NCBI GenBank assembly: GCA_964016885.1
Contig: OZ024747.1
Location: 87,048,001 to 87,112,000 of the forward strand
Direction of reading: 5' to 3'
DNA length: 64,000 nt
Origin: Eledone cirrhosa
Lineage: Eukaryota
In this document: piece after piece, positions 16,088-29,810 of the stretch
Position numbering within the stretch: the stretch's first letter is position 1
Layout: the number at the start of each line of letters is the position of its first letter
Translations under genes and position numbers: made by a program
The notes under the pieces: model-generated
Told to the model about the DNA's origin: nothing
Database searches by the model: none
The model's input: only the letters and a program-made list of their open reading frames with translations

Positions 16088-16480
16088 GGTGGATTGGCAG
16101 TATTGGTAGAGGGTCAGGCACCATGCTTTCCAGCATATAGTTGTCTCTTTACGGTTTGAGTTCAAATCCCACCGAGGTTAACTTTGCCTTTCATCCTTAC
16201 AGGGTTGATAAAATAAATTACCAGTCATGCACCAGTCGATTTAATCGACTTTGCCCTCTCCCAAAATTGCTGGCCTTGTGCCTATATAAGAAACCAGGGC
16301 GGTGGATTGGCAGTATCGGTAGAGTGTCGGATGTCATGCTTTACAGCAAAGAGTTACGGCCCTTTATGATCTGAGTACAAATCCCGCCAAGGTTAACTTT
16401 CATCTACACGGAGTCGATAAAATAAAGTACCAGTAATTCACTGGGGTAATTGCTGGCCTTGTGCCAAAAGTAGAAACAAT
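16088..16480 (+). mobile_element. Tandem pair of S1 SINEs
   Basis: Two head-to-tail copies, each running gtggattggcagtat...gttaacttt...gataaaataaa...ttgctggccttgtgcc. Confidence 0.85.
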
Positions 16481-17236
16481 GAAAAGAGGAGGATATAATA
16501 CTAGTTAACAATATCAGGCATTCAGAATTCTAATTTATCGTGGTAAATTTAAATCCAAGAAGCAGTGTCATTAAACCTAAGGTGTTTTCCATCTTAAAGT
16601 AGCCTGTTTCATTTACGCTCTACATTAGAACATGACTATTTATAATTGTTACTTAATGAATTAAAGATCACCATATCATTAGTGATGTTGGTTTTGGGAG
16701 GTGCTTAACAAACAAGTATATTCTCACTATGGAATATGTAAGTAAAGTGGTGCTCTGATGTGTATATATATATATTATATTATATTAATTTCCAGCCCAT
16801 ATAAGGCTGTGTAAATCATTACACTTTTTTAATTAGGGATGTATATTGTAATATGTCCAAGTCTCTTAATGCAACTGTATAAGAATACATGGCCATATAT
16901 TTTCTGTTTAGGATAATGAAGTTGGACTTTAAAATAGAACGGCATCCTGTGAGGCACAATTTACACCTTCAGTCTTAAGCTGGTATGATTGGGCAATTTT
17001 TAGAATCTTCCAATTAATGGAGTGTTCTATATTGGCCTCTTTCAAGCCCCATATATAACAGGCTAATGAGGTTGAGTTACTTAGATTTTTCTTCCTAAAA
17101 GAGTGACGATGCTTATAATATAAATATTATTTAAAGTTATTTGAGGTAGCACCTATATATTCCTTGTTATTAGTATATGTGGATATAGTGCATTGGTAAA
17201 CTAAATTAAACCTTGGCTCTCTTAATTTTAAACACA

Positions 17237-17276
<40 letters not shown>

Positions 17277-17295
17277 TGCACGCATGCGTGCATGC

Positions 17296-17393
17296 TGTCC
17301 CCCAAAAATGTACATCCACTTTGAGTACCTGTACAGGTAACATTTATTAGAATGCTCTGGAAGTGTGTATAGATTTTTGGGGGACACCTTGTA
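17296..17393. mobile_element. Short Tc1/mariner-type MITE
   Basis: TIRs tgtcccccaaaaatgtacatccactt and aagtgtgtatagatttttgggggaca. Preceded by (GCAC)n at 17235-17292. Confidence 0.55.
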
Positions 17394-18537
17394 TGTATAT
17401 ATAAACAATAAAAGAAAATTGGTTGAAGAAAATACTAGAAAATGGGTCAATAATTTCTGTATTTGAATGATAGCCACACTGTTGGATAATATAATACATA
17501 TCATTATGCTAGGGTGGAAACATGTTGAACTTTCTAGAAACAAGACAAAGGACTATAGTTTCATCTTAAAAATGATCTACTTATGACCTTTTTGGCTCTG
17601 AACAGTCTCGTTTCTGAAGGGTTTTTTTAAAGTAGGTTTGTTGGGGGTTTTTTTTATCAGAGGAGCTTATTGTTAACTTTTTATTCATTCAAGTATTATT
17701 TTATTCTCATCACACCTGCGTTTGTGATATGTAGTAGTGTCTTTTCTGTTAAAATGAATTACTTTTTGTTATGTTTCCTTTGTCTATTTAATTTCCATCA
17801 AACTTCATGATTTGATTTAATTATTTTTGTCAAAGAAGTCTTCATATTTTCTTATTTTTATACATCTATCTGTATCTTATCCTGTCTCTACATGTTTTTT
17901 TTTTATCTGTTGATTATGGCTACTAAACAGTGACTAGTTGTGAAGTTCTTTAATTCAAATATAGGCTATTTATGTTATTCACTGTATTTGCCTATATTTC
18001 ATTTCCTTTCTGAATAAACGAAAACACCCATTTGTTTGGAGTCACAACACTCAAATATGCACTGCCTTCCCCACACAATAGAAACATACGAGATTTATGT
18101 GAATTGAATTCAGAAATTTACATATACACATTACTTTAATGGGAATTTTCTATCAGATTGCTTAAATATAAAATATATTATAAAATATAAAATAACTATT
18201 GCAACAAGAAAATGTAAGAAAAATATTCAAACCAAGTCTTTTATCAGAGAGAGATGGGTAGATAGAGAGATATAGATAGAGAGATTGAGAAAGAAAGAGA
18301 TGTGTGTCTATTGGTTAATATGGAATAAGATATTTGGTATATGTGTGAGTGGGGAGGAAAGAGAGAGAGAGATTAGGGGAGTATGAGGTTGGAGAGGGAA
18401 AAGAAAAAGGAGAAATGGAAGGATTTATTGGTCATGGAAAAGTTAGAGGTCAGTAGATTTGTAAACAATTTTGCCGAAAACAATTAGGTATAAACACATA
18501 CGTACAAGTGCATGCATTTACAAATACCTATCATACA

Positions 18538-18582
<45 letters not shown>

Positions 18583-18586
<4 letters not shown>

Positions 18587-18746
18587 TCATTTCATTTTAC
18601 GTCCGCTTTTCCCTGCTTGCAAGGGTGGGACGGGAACTGATTCTGGCTTTATTTCTACAGCTGGATGCCCTTCCTAACACCAACCTCATTTCAGTGAGTG
18701 CTGGGTGCTTTTTTTCCGTGGCACCTCCACGACCACTTTGCAGTGG
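18583..18746 (-). mobile_element. RTE-type 3' UTR fragment
   Basis: Matches the family A 3' UTR (8125-8260). The same terminal 40 bp recurs at 30104-30141. Confidence 0.75.
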
Positions 18747-18775
18747 AATGATATGGACCCCAGTCCCTATCATCT

Positions 18776-18918
18776 CATTTCTACAGCTGAGTAAACTGGA
18801 ACAATGTGAAATAAAGTGTCTTGCTCAAGGAAACAACACATCACCCGGTCCGAGAATTGAACTCACAACCTTTCGATTGCAAGGCCAATGCTCTAACCAC
18901 TAAGCCATGTGCCTCCAC
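18776..18918 (-). mobile_element. tRNA-derived SINE (family S2) with CORE/Meta-like central domain
   Basis: Minus strand has A box tggcttagtgg, B box gagttcaattc, then ccttgagcaagacacttt. Decayed relatives at ~11150-11270 and ~27810-27925. Confidence 0.75.
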
Positions 18919-19328
18919 ATATATATATATATACTTGAAGGTGTACTCACACATATGTACATCTATACATATACAAATGTGCATGCAAATGCACACACAC
19001 ACACACACACATATATCATGAATTTCTCTATATACCAAAGTTTTGTACATTAGCTTTGTCATCAGTAAGTAATGCTTATGGCAGAAATGCAGTACCCACA
19101 ACTAGGAATATAACCAATTTTTCTTCTTCCCTGTTAACATTTTCTTTTCTTTCTGATGAAGTGTGATTACAGACACGTAATGCATATGAATGAACATTGT
19201 ATATTGTAGTCAGTGAATGTAGACTATTACGTAATTGTACAGAAACATATGTTAAAGATTGAATACACAATAAATTCTTCTCTGTCCACATATTTCTGCC
19301 TAGTTTTTCCTGATACCATATTTATAAT

Positions 19329-19376
<48 letters not shown>

Positions 19377-19655
19377 GGAGTGAAACAACTACACACAGAC
19401 AAACAGACATTATGCGTGTGCCTCTCTAACATATGTCAAGTTTGCATAAATACAAGTATAAAAACAATATCATAGTTGTGTCAACATGTCACTTCAAATT
19501 TTAATGCCATGTTCAGGTCACACATTAAAACAAAAGTCAAATATGACTATCTATATGATCTAAATATTTTATCTATCAAAGCCTGGGTGATTTATATGAA
19601 AATATGCAAGTCTCAGACTCAGAAATTAACTGCAACGATTGTCAATTGCTATAAA

Positions 19656-19840
19656 TAATTGTTTCTACTTTAGGCACAAGGCCAGCAATTATCCAGTGCA
19701 TTACTGGTACTTTATTTTATCGACCCCGTAAGGATGAAAGGCAAAGTCAACCTCGGCGGGATTTGAACTCAGATCGTAAAGGGACGTAACTATGCTGGAA
19801 AGCATGGCGTCCGACCCTCTACCGATACTGCCAATCCACT
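19656..19840 (-). mobile_element. S1 SINE
   Basis: Near-identical to 9392-9579. Confidence 0.85.
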
Positions 19841-20013
19841 AGAAAATCAAGTAAAATATCCTTAGAGATATAAAATAAAAAAAGTGTTTAGCAGCTGCTA
19901 CAGAGATTCAAACTCCATATCTCTCGAATACCAGCCAAATATTTGACTAATAGCTGACCAGGGATTCTGTCAAATTTAAGGTACCATACTAAATAGTTTG
20001 TTGCTAGAACTGG

Positions 20014-20096
20014 AAGTAAACAAATCTTATCAATTATCTAAGTAAACAAATCTTATCAATTATCTAAGTAAACAAATCTTATGAAATATCTAAGTA
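20014..20096. repeat. 26-bp tandem repeat, about 3.2 copies
   Basis: aagtaaacaaatcttatcaattatct at 20014, 20040 and 20066. Confidence 0.9.
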
Positions 20097-20839
20097 CTTA
20101 GGGAATTTGAAATTTGAAAATGTGGGAATCCCAAATGTAAAAAATAACTGTAACAATAGTTAACTATCAATTAATACCTTAGAAAATCGGGTAAAATACT
20201 CCAAGAGACAAAAAAAAAGTAGCCAGGTGAATCAAACTATATCTCTCGAATACTGGGTATTCATGAATTATGGAATGTTTAGGGGTGTTTTACCCCATTT
20301 TCAAAGCTATTATTTATAGCAATCAACTATGTATGTATATGTATATATGTATGTATATATATATATGTATATATATGTTTGTATATATGTATATATTTAA
20401 AGCAACTTGCACCCATAAAACCATATGTATAGGTGTATGTGATTGTGTATCATAAAAACTTGCATTCATTACTTTCCATTCTTTTCTCATCCACACACTT
20501 ACAAAGCATTTTATGTGATCATAAAATTTTCAAGCACATATAAGTTGATTCGTAAAAGTGGGTTTTGTTTTGTTTTATCAATAAAATTACTTAAGTCTTC
20601 TGAAGCCATTCTCACAAATAACAAATAAATTTAAACATGGAATCGTAATTCAGCAACATGGACTCAATAAAATGTTATTCTCTGAAAATGATTGAACCAA
20701 TCTGTATCCATTCAGAAAAAATCTATTCAGTACAAAGCTTTAATAACTGGGCATCAAACCATGAATGTAGCATTATAAATGACTTTATCAATAATTGTTA
20801 ACATGACATTTTCTTGATTGATTTTGTTTCATTATTATT

Positions 20840-21230
20840 GTGGATTGGCGGTGTATTGGCAGTATCGGTGGAGGGTCGGACGCCATGCTTTCCAGCATAG
20901 TTACGTCCCTTTACGATCTGAGTTCAAATCCCACCGAGGTTGACTTTGCCTTTCATCCTTACGGGGTCGATAAAATAAAGTACCAGTAATGCACTGGGTA
21001 ATTGCTGGCCTTGTGCCTAAAGTAGAAACAATTATTATTGTGGATTGGCAGTATTGGTAGAGGGTCGGACGCCATGCTTTGACGCATAGTGTTATGGCTC
21101 TTGCCATTCTGAGTTCAAATCTCGCTGAGGTTAACTTTGCCTTTCATCCTTATGGGGTCGATAAAATAAAGTACCAGTAATACACTGAATAATTGCTGGC
21201 CTTGTGCCAAAAGTAGAAACAATTATTATT
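20840..21230 (+). mobile_element. Tandem pair of S1 SINEs
   Basis: Two head-to-tail copies joined through the attattatt tail. Confidence 0.88.
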
Positions 21231-22916
21231 GATTTCCCCTCACTTAAACAAAGCCTGTGTTTTTTCATGTGTAACATTGTAGATGAGAGCTAAAATTAAA
21301 AGTGTATTAATGATACTTCTTTCATTTTAATAGAACTTGTTTTATCATCTACCATGAAGATGAAATATAAAGTAGATCCTGATAGAATTTGAACTATAAC
21401 AGTGCGGCTCAAATTTAGAGAGAAACACACTCTTCCCATTAATTGTCTTCTGATTTCATAACTTGTAGATTATCAGTTCTATTCTGTTGCATCTACCACA
21501 TTACCCCACTGATAATTTTAGTGTTTTGATGGACAGTTAAGAGAGGGGGGGGGGGTCGTTTTTTTCATAAAAGGATTAATAAAATTTTAGACTATCCTGT
21601 TATTAACATAAAAATGCTTGTTCTGTGTTTGTGTGCATTTTGTGTTTGTGTGTTTATAAATGTGTTTCAGGTGTATACATGTGTGTATATGTGTATGTTT
21701 AAAGAGGAAAGTAATCTCAAATTTTGGATGTTAGATAAGAGAAATGAGAACATTGTACACTTGTCTTTTTCACAGAACTATCTTATTTTGTTTGTATTGG
21801 GTAGTATGTATAAGTGGAGAGATAGTGAAAAACTATAGTGTTACTCTGTTCTTAACTAAACACTCTAAACACCTGCTTTTGGGTTAATTTTTTAAACTTT
21901 TATTCTTTTACTGATTTCAGCCATTGGATAGTGGCCATGCTGGGGTACCACCATCAAGGGTTTAGTCGATTGGATTAATAAACCCCAGTATTTATTTCTG
22001 TCTGATATTTCTCAATTTCAATTGATATTTGTCAAACTACTAACTTACAGGATGTAAAGGAACACAATATAAACAGACATGTATACACCCACACATACAT
22101 GTAAATACATGTAAAACAAAATCAACACTTTGGAATGATGCAGTACAATGAATATTTATATTAATTTAACACTTGGTTCTGTAGGAAAAGAGTTGTGCTT
22201 GCCTGTCCCACATTGGTCTAAACAGCCACAAGTATGCCTGCAGTCAACATGGATCACCCCCTTCTTAATCTTTATTTGTGAAGTCAAACCATGATGATGG
22301 TGAAGACACCTTTTTCAAAGCATTCATTTTACCTATAGTTTTCTGTAACATCATGACATTTGTTACATATTATATTTGTTACATATTATTTTTACCTTTT
22401 TTATATAGACTAGCAGAAAAACCAATCTTCGGGTGGTTTTCTGTTAGCATGTGTAGTGTGTATATTGATATTATACGCAAGTATATATATATGTAGATAT
22501 GATACATCAATATAAACAGAAATTGAACGAAGACGTTGTTACACTGTCTTATGTAATCAGTAACGTAATCCATAATACATTAAAAAAAGACGATATTATA
22601 TATAAACTGCATTAGGAGAAAATTAGTGACAGAAAATTAGTATGTTTATTTAAGTGATCGCCACCAGAAGTGTTGACATCACACACTCTCTCTTTCTATA
22701 TATATGGTAGTTGAAGTGGTGGTGGCAACGATATACTGGAAGTGCAACTTTGAAAAGAAGTCAATTTTAAATTATTTTTGTTTACGAAATTTAGTAGATA
22801 AATTATGTAATATTCATTCATTATTTATTCAAAGTAATCCAACTTATTTTACTAATGGGACAAAAAAAAGTAAACCGTACGCAGTCCCGCAGACCTTCCT
22901 TTATTATAGTTTAGAT

Positions 22917-23080
22917 GCAGGTATGGCTGTGTGCTTAACGAGTTAGCTTGGCAATCATGTGGTTTCAGGTTCAGTTCTATTACATTGCACCTTGGGCATA
23001 TATCTTCTGCTATAGACTCTGGTGATCTAATGTCTTGTGAATGAAATCTAGTGGACAGAAACAGTGTAGAAGCTTTTGTA
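22917..23080 (+). mobile_element. Decayed tRNA-derived SINE (family S3)
   Basis: gcaggtatggctgtgtg...ggttcagttc...caccttgggca...ttgtgaatgaa. Relatives at ~12110-12225, ~25895-25985 and ~27035-27185 (-). Confidence 0.55.
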
Positions 23081-23872
23081 TGTAATATGAGTGTGTGTGT
23101 GTTTACTTTTTATTTAGCAGTTCAACAAATAGTTGAAAAACAGATATTGGGTTGTAATGACTGAATTCATTGTAGGCGGTACCCCAATTCAACCAATGTC
23201 CTGAGTGAAACCAATAAAAGGATAAAAAGAATAATGCAAGGAGCATATGCGATAAAAACTATTATCATTTTTACTGCTTCTGCTGCTTTCTCATTCTGAT
23301 CTACTTTGTGTGAAGTATGTGGAGGCAAGATGTTAGCAAGCACTGCTTATGTTTATCTCAAGTGTATGTAAATGTGTGGATGAATGACAATGATTTGACT
23401 GATTTCTCATTATTTGATATGTTGTATGAATTGAGAGGTGTGGTGAATAATAGCAGTTATATATAATTAATATTAAAGGTATCTTAAGAGCTGATGGAAA
23501 GAAGTTTTATCATTATCATTCAAATAAGAACAGTTAGAGTGTTGTACAAATACCTAGTGATATTTATTCTGGCCTCAGGTCCTGCTGAGGTAAAATTTGC
23601 TTTCTGGATTAATAAAATAAAGTACCAGTTGAGTATTAGAATCAATATAATCGATGTTCCCCTTCCCCCAAATTTCTGGCCATGTGCCTAAATTAAAAAT
23701 CACTATTGTCATTCAAATGGTATAGATACATTGGTTTTGGTGCTGAAAGTTATTTTTGGTCATTGAGAACCTAGGAAATTCTGATGATTATATTAACAGA
23801 AAGGCTTATTCTATTGAATAGTTTGCCATCTTTTTATAGTAACACTGCTGGTAACACAATGGCAATGCTACT

Positions 23873-24096
23873 TTGATCCTTTTGATACTAACCTACCTTG
23901 GGTCGATACAAAACTACCCATTTTGAAGTGTTTATATTTATTTATATAAAAACCCTACAACATGATTTTATATAGCTATTTGTTAATGTAAATGTTAGTT
24001 ATTTTACTAAAGTCATCCAAAGGTTTCATTATTTTCAAAATTAATTGAAAACATAGGCTGCATCTTTTATTAGAAATATGGCAACAAAAGGGTTAA
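23873..24096 (-). mobile_element. MITE with TTAA-CCCTTT-like ends
   Basis: Ends in aaaagggttaa. The reverse complement aligns to 14200-14270. Confidence 0.5.
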
Positions 24097-24478
24097 ATGC
24101 AGTAATGAAAGTGTTAACCTTACCAATATTGTAGTAAACTTGAATATTGCTCTTATCACGTAATAATTACCACATATGTTTTGTGCATCAAAAAGTCCTA
24201 CTTTCCAGTTTTGATGTTTAAGTCTCTTTGCTCTCAAGAGTACATAATATCTACACATCCCATAAAAAACAGGATTGTGATAGATGGCGAACTCAATTTT
24301 TAATGATATCTTAAGATAAAAGGAGTTTACACATAATTCATGTTCCATGATTGGAATATATTAATGCAAGCAAACTAAATGCAAACTAAACCTGTATAGG
24401 TATGAGCTGTAAATTTCATTTCCAAGTTTAGATCAACAAAAGTTTTATATATTTTGTTTCTTTTTGTTCTTTTTGCAG

Positions 24479-24838
24479 TTTGCCGTGGTACAAAACAGTC
24501 GTTATCAATTTCTGGTACAGCCCAAACTAGATATGAAACACTACAGAGAAAATACACAAACTGTACATATATTGCAGGAAACCTGGAAATTGTTTTCTTA
24601 AATAATACAACAATTAAATATGACTTATCATTTTTCAAGACAATCAAAGAAATTACTGGTTATGTTCTTATTGTTAGGGTCTATGCAGATTATATACCTT
24701 TAACAAATCTTCGGATTATCCGGGGAAGACAGCTTTTTAAATTCAATGACCAAAGTTACAGTTTATATGTGGCTGATAATTATGACAGAAGAACTAAAAA
24801 GTTTGGTCTTAAGGAATTACGTTTCAAATCTCTTGGAG
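24479..24838 (+). CDS. EGFR: EGFR/ErbB-family receptor tyrosine kinase, internal exon (receptor-L domain 1)
   Basis: Acceptor ttttgcag, donor gtaagt, 360 bp, phase 1/1. Translates VCRGT...KYTNCTYIAGNLEIVFL...YDLSFFKTIKEITGYVLI...PLTNLRIIRGRQLF...GLKELRFKSL, which are ErbB L1 signatures. Confidence 0.93.
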
Positions 24839-24932
24839 GTAAGTCTAATTTATTTTGCTTTCAGTATGACAAATTGTTTTTAGTTTCAGCTATACATGTT
24901 ATTACTTTTAATGTTTATTATCTAAATGTGGA

Positions 24933-25080
24933 GTGAGTTCAAATTCTGCTGAGGTTAGCTTTTCCTTTCATCCTTATGGGGTCAATAAAATAAAGTACCA
25001 GTAATGCACTGAGATCGATTTAGTTGGCGTTCCCCTTCCCTTCAAATTGTTGGCCTTGTGCCAAATGTAGAAATAATTAT
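24933..25080 (+). mobile_element. 5'-truncated S1 SINE
   Basis: gagttcaaat...gaggttagctttt...ggccttgtgccaaatgtagaaa. Confidence 0.75.
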
Positions 25081-25194
25081 ATAAATGTGGATCCAAGTTT
25101 ATTTGAGTCAAAAAGTGTGTCGTGAAAAGGCACTGGGAAATTCTAGCATCTTGTACATAACTTCATTAGAATTTTTAAGATCACATTGAACCAG

Positions 25195-25835
25195 CCTCCT
25201 GCCTTTCATCATTCATGAACATGACCCCGAGATACTTGAACTCCTCTACTTGCTTCAGTGGAACTCAGCTCACAGGCATCCTTGAGAGGATAAGTGTCTC
25301 CATCTTTGCAGCACTGATTTTCATTTCAGACATGCAGCACTCGGCATCAAACCTCTCAGCATTCTGTAATCAGAAGGGAGGTAGTTGTAAAAGCCAAACT
25401 TGCTTTCAATTTCGTATTCATGCCAACCCTTATCTATGGCCATGAATCTTGGGTAATAACTGAAAGAATATAATTGTGAATACAAGCGGCTGAAATGGGG
25501 TTCCTTTGAAGGGTCTTTTGGGTAATGTTACTTGATAAAATGTGTAGATCGGAGATCAGATATTCACTCCAGGTAGAGCTTCTCCGAATTGAGAGATCAC
25601 AGCTCTGGTACTAAGGACATGTGGTTAGAATGTCTCAAGAAGGAATTGCTGGTAAAACCAACTGGCAGGCGACCTAGGGGTAAACCCCAAGCAAGATGGT
25701 TGGATAACATCTATGAGTTCAGCTGGTCTTGCTTGGGGATCCAGCTGGATCAATTGGAGATGGTTGCTGCTGTGCTTCTGACAGGACTCACTGGAAGGTG
25801 TGCTTGAGGACTCTGCCTCCACGAGTGGGTGAAGA
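25195..25835. pseudogene. Old RTE fragment with 5' inversion
   Basis: Minus strand 25195-25362 reads MKISAAKME...LKQVEEFKYLG. Plus strand from ~25363 reads PTLIYGHESWVITERI...IQAAEMGFL...RPRGKPQARWLD, with stops and frameshifts. Confidence 0.7.
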
Positions 25836-26325
25836 AGAAGTGGGAGGAGGAGACATCAAACCATCTAACTACCATCTTCACAGAATACCATATATACTAT
25901 GGCAAGTGTTATTTACCATAGCCTCGAGTCAACCCAAGCTTGTGAGTGAGGCTGTAGACAGAAATTGTTTGGAAGCCTGTGGGATGACCTGTACCTATAA
26001 TTCAAAGGACAAGTCTTGTCATACACTCATACACTGTCTAAGGCTGAATCTCCCTGAGAATTATGTTTAAAGGTGCACATGTCTGTATAATACATTTACA
26101 AGTTAATTTCACAAACTGGCAATTCTGTTGAAATAACAACTGGAACACTCATTACAGAAACCACCAGAGTTCATGTCACTACCTGCTTTGGGTAAACAAA
26201 TCTAGATTTTACTTTATATCACATGTAAAAGTGAAGCTAACCCAATTCAACATATAAATTGTCCTAAAAGTCAGGATGAGAAAATATATTTTTCCAATGT
26301 TATATCTTCAATTTAGTATAATTCA

Positions 26326-26573
26326 ATTTTATATAATTACTTTATCCTCAAAGGGATACATAAATCTATTATTTACAAACATTATTATAGCCTTAAAATG
26401 TTTGTAAATAATAGATTTATGTATCCCTTTAGGATAAAGTAATTATATAAAATCCCGCCGAGGTTAACTTTGCCTTTCATCTTTACGGGGTCGATAAAAT
26501 AAAGTACCAGGAATACACTGGGTAATTGCTGGCCTTGTGCCAAAAGTAGAAACAATTATTATAGCCTTAAAAT
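26326..26573 (+). mobile_element. 5'-truncated S1 SINE with an inverted copy of its upstream flank and 19-bp TSD
   Basis: Inverted arms 26326-26383 and 26397-26453, SINE 3' half 26454-26560, direct repeat attattatagccttaaaat at 26381-26399 and 26555-26573. Confidence 0.8.
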
Positions 26574-26995
26574 AAATCGTTCTTACTGTTTCTAGATATA
26601 AACATTGAATCTGTGGCTAATAGCAACACATCAATATCCATTATTAATATTATATTATTTCTCTAATACACTCAGTTTTAAGTTCTGAAATGTTAATCAT
26701 TATAGAAAATGAAATGTTAAACAACAGCAATCTTTTTTTTTTATTTTTTCTATTGCTTTTTTAGATGATTTGCTATATCTCTTTTATTATTTTACTGGTT
26801 TCAGTTATTAGACTGTGGCTATGCTGGTGCACCACCTTAAAGTAATTTAGTTCATCATATCAACCCCAATACTTATTATATTTAAAGTCTTGTACTTATT
26901 TTATCGATTTATTTTTGCCAAACTGCAAAATAGTCTCTCTCTCTCTCTCTCTCACACACCAGCATGGCTGCACTCAATGACTGACACAAGTAAAA

Positions 26996-27036
<41 letters not shown>

Positions 27037-28660
27037 GCCTCTACTGTTTCTGTCCATCAAATCTCATTTACAAGGTATTGGTAAACCTGAAGCTAAAGCA
27101 GAAGTCACTTGCTTTATGTGCCATGTAGTGTGAGTGAACCCCAGACCATGTTAGCATAGTGGATGCATGTCATTCCTGCACCTATAGAGATATTGTTTAA
27201 TCAATGGATTGCCAGATTCTATTAATGTCTGGCTATAATATTATATGAGGTTTAATATAGTTTCAAATAGATATGTTTGCCTTGAAAATGAGTCAATTTT
27301 AGTTATTTAGCACAGTGAGGCATATTGGTAATTAACTCTTAACATTTCTGACCTCTCCCACTTCTATAGTTACTGTGTCACCAACAAAAAGTGGTTTCTA
27401 AACAATTGTTTTGAACAATTTAGAATAATTATAGCTATGTTCATTAGAGTATGTGCAGAATGCTCTAGTTTGGTATACACCCACACACATGCATACCAAA
27501 TCAACAAGTGTCTGAAGACCATTTTCCCTGCTAAAGCTGGGCTTAGCTTTACTATCATCAGAGCAGGCTTACTCATGCATGTCCTGGATTTCTCTTTTAG
27601 GTAGCGTTTTATGATTGGATGCCCTTTCTGACTGTAACATTTTTAGTTAACCCTTATGACATAGTGGTACAGAGTACCTATATTAAATTGGATATACACA
27701 TCATTTGATGCATCTTCAATTTCATATAGTTATGTGGATTTGAATACCCTACCTACCCATGGTTATATAACTTTAAAATTACAATCCAATATCCATAATA
27801 TAAGGTAAAGGCACATGACCTAGTGATTAGGGTTTTGGACCAATGACTTTAAGATTGTTGGTTTGATTCTTGGACTGGGCAATGCATTCTGTTCTCGATG
27901 AAAACACTTCATTTCACATTGCTTTTCATGATAGGACTGGGACTCAATTATTAAAACACCCAAGAACCTCTTTATGAGATGCAGCCTTGTAGGAAACCAG
28001 TTAAACTTGTCCAAGTGTGAACTGTAATTTTGTTGGGTTTTTTTCATTTCATTTCAATATAAGATTCGATTTTTCAATATGTTTAATTGGCACATAGTTA
28101 CAATTATGAAACTAAAGGAATATTAATATGGATGAATGAGTAGATGTGAGCTTAGATCTGATCCTGTGTAAGTATAGCATATTGCCAGCATATTGAGTTT
28201 CATTTATATTTAACAAGAATAAATGTTTGTGTATTTTACAAACTAACGCAATAAACAGACACACTTTCAAGATTAAAAGTATTGAACAAGGTTACCAGGC
28301 TTATGGAATTCATTGAAAACAAACATGGAAGTTATGACTTGCATTTTTTTCCAAACTGAATTTTAAGCTCGGTTTATCAGAAACTTCTTAATTCAACATT
28401 TATGTCATATCTCATATTCAATCCAATTATTTGCAATTATCTAATTTACATATTTAATTCATGGACTATCACCAAACAATTTAATTCACTTTTGACCTAC
28501 CTTCCTCATAACATTATATATATATATATATATATATTTTGTATATAGTATCAAATTTCTTGTTTTGTGTCGAACATCCAGTTTTGCTTTTATCATCTTT
28601 TCCATATTTTATCTAATCTTTTTATTGTTAATCTTGCTATATTTTTGTTTTATAATCTAG

Positions 28661-28798
28661 AAATCCTAAATGGAAAGGTTGCCTTTGTAGACAACACTTT
28701 ATTGTGTTATGAATCAGCAATCAATTGGACAGATATTAATCCCACTTCACAGCCTCCAGTTGAATTTTTGGTTAATACTACTGATGAGAGAAGAAGCT
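28661..28798 (+). CDS. EGFR: EGFR/ErbB-family receptor, internal exon (end of L1 domain)
   Basis: Acceptor aatctag, donor gtacgt, 138 bp, phase 1/1. Translates EILNGKVAFVDNTLLCYESAINWTDI, in frame with the previous exon. Confidence 0.9.
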
Positions 28799-29349
28799 GT
28801 ACGTCATTTTAAATTATTTTTTTATACTTTTTAATTGTTGATACTGTATATATAATATGGGATTGAGTAAAAAATGATACTTTATATAAACCAGCATCTA
28901 AAGGACTATAACTATTTTTACATATATGTTGTCATACAGAGTTGGATGGTTCTGCAAATTTGAATAGATATTTTGAATCATGTGATATTGCCATTTTAAA
29001 AAATATGAACCTCTGAACATGAAATATGTGACCCTAATATTGGGCATTATGGGAACAAGGAGTAGGAGAACCATCAAAAACAATGTGCAAGTTACTGAGG
29101 GGGATCTTAATTGTTATAGCTGAAGAGAAGAGGCTGATGGAGTCAGTAGTATGTATGTCACTTGGACACAGTCTGAGGTTTGATTAACCTTGGATGGGTC
29201 ACCTAGATAGGGGTGTATATTGTAAGACAGGTCTTACATCCAGTTACTCCAGGATATAACACTAAGGCTTTACATCCAATGATGTGTGGAGAACTAGATT
29301 CAATGGAGAAAAGTTGCCTTGAATCAAATATCATATATAAAATATAAAA

Positions 29350-29555
29350 AATAATCTTCAGGATTAGCCATTGAATGGATGGAGTAAGATGAAAGCTATC
29401 AATTCATGGGTGATATCATTCCTTAGATATAGTGCGTGGGTGATCACGTGGATAGTGGAAGACCTAAACACTTTACACCAAAAGACAAGAAAGATAATGA
29501 CTAGATATGGGGTATTTCACCCAAAAAGTGACACAGACAGATTATATGTACCTCT
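29350..29555 (+). pseudogene. R4/Dong-clade non-LTR retrotransposon RT fragment
   Basis: LNGWSKMKAINSWVISFLRYS..ITW...KTRKIMTRYGVFHPKSDTDRLYVP resembles the R4/Dong post-RT motifs (NKIKAINTW...HPKSDVDRLY). Confidence 0.7.
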
Positions 29556-29810
29556 GGAGGTTGAAAAACTCAAGAAAACAAGAATAGTGGAAGAGGCTAG
29601 AGTTTTCTGTTTTACAATCAGTGATATAATTTCCCATAGCACTATGTAAGATTGTATGTTAATAGTAAAAAATGGGTCATATTGAAAACCACTAAGACTT
29701 GATCTGATCTATGTGAATATTGTGCTTTTATTTTCAATTCAATCTAATACAGACAACTTCATTCAACAAATATTTCATTTCATTAAATTTGATATTGTAT
29801 ATATTTACAG

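Noticed and set aside
20014-20096. Short direct-repeat array as CRISPR-like
   Set aside because: Head-to-tail tandem repeat with no unique spacers, in a eukaryotic context.
24454-24478. Hydrophobic MFLFVLFA as an EGFR signal peptide
   Set aside because: It is the polypyrimidine tract and AG acceptor read in frame from a TTG. The true first exon was not identified in the window.
9392-27925. tRNA genes
   Set aside because: A/B-box-like motifs occur only as heads of multi-copy SINEs with unrelated bodies and tails, and no complete cloverleaf was seen.
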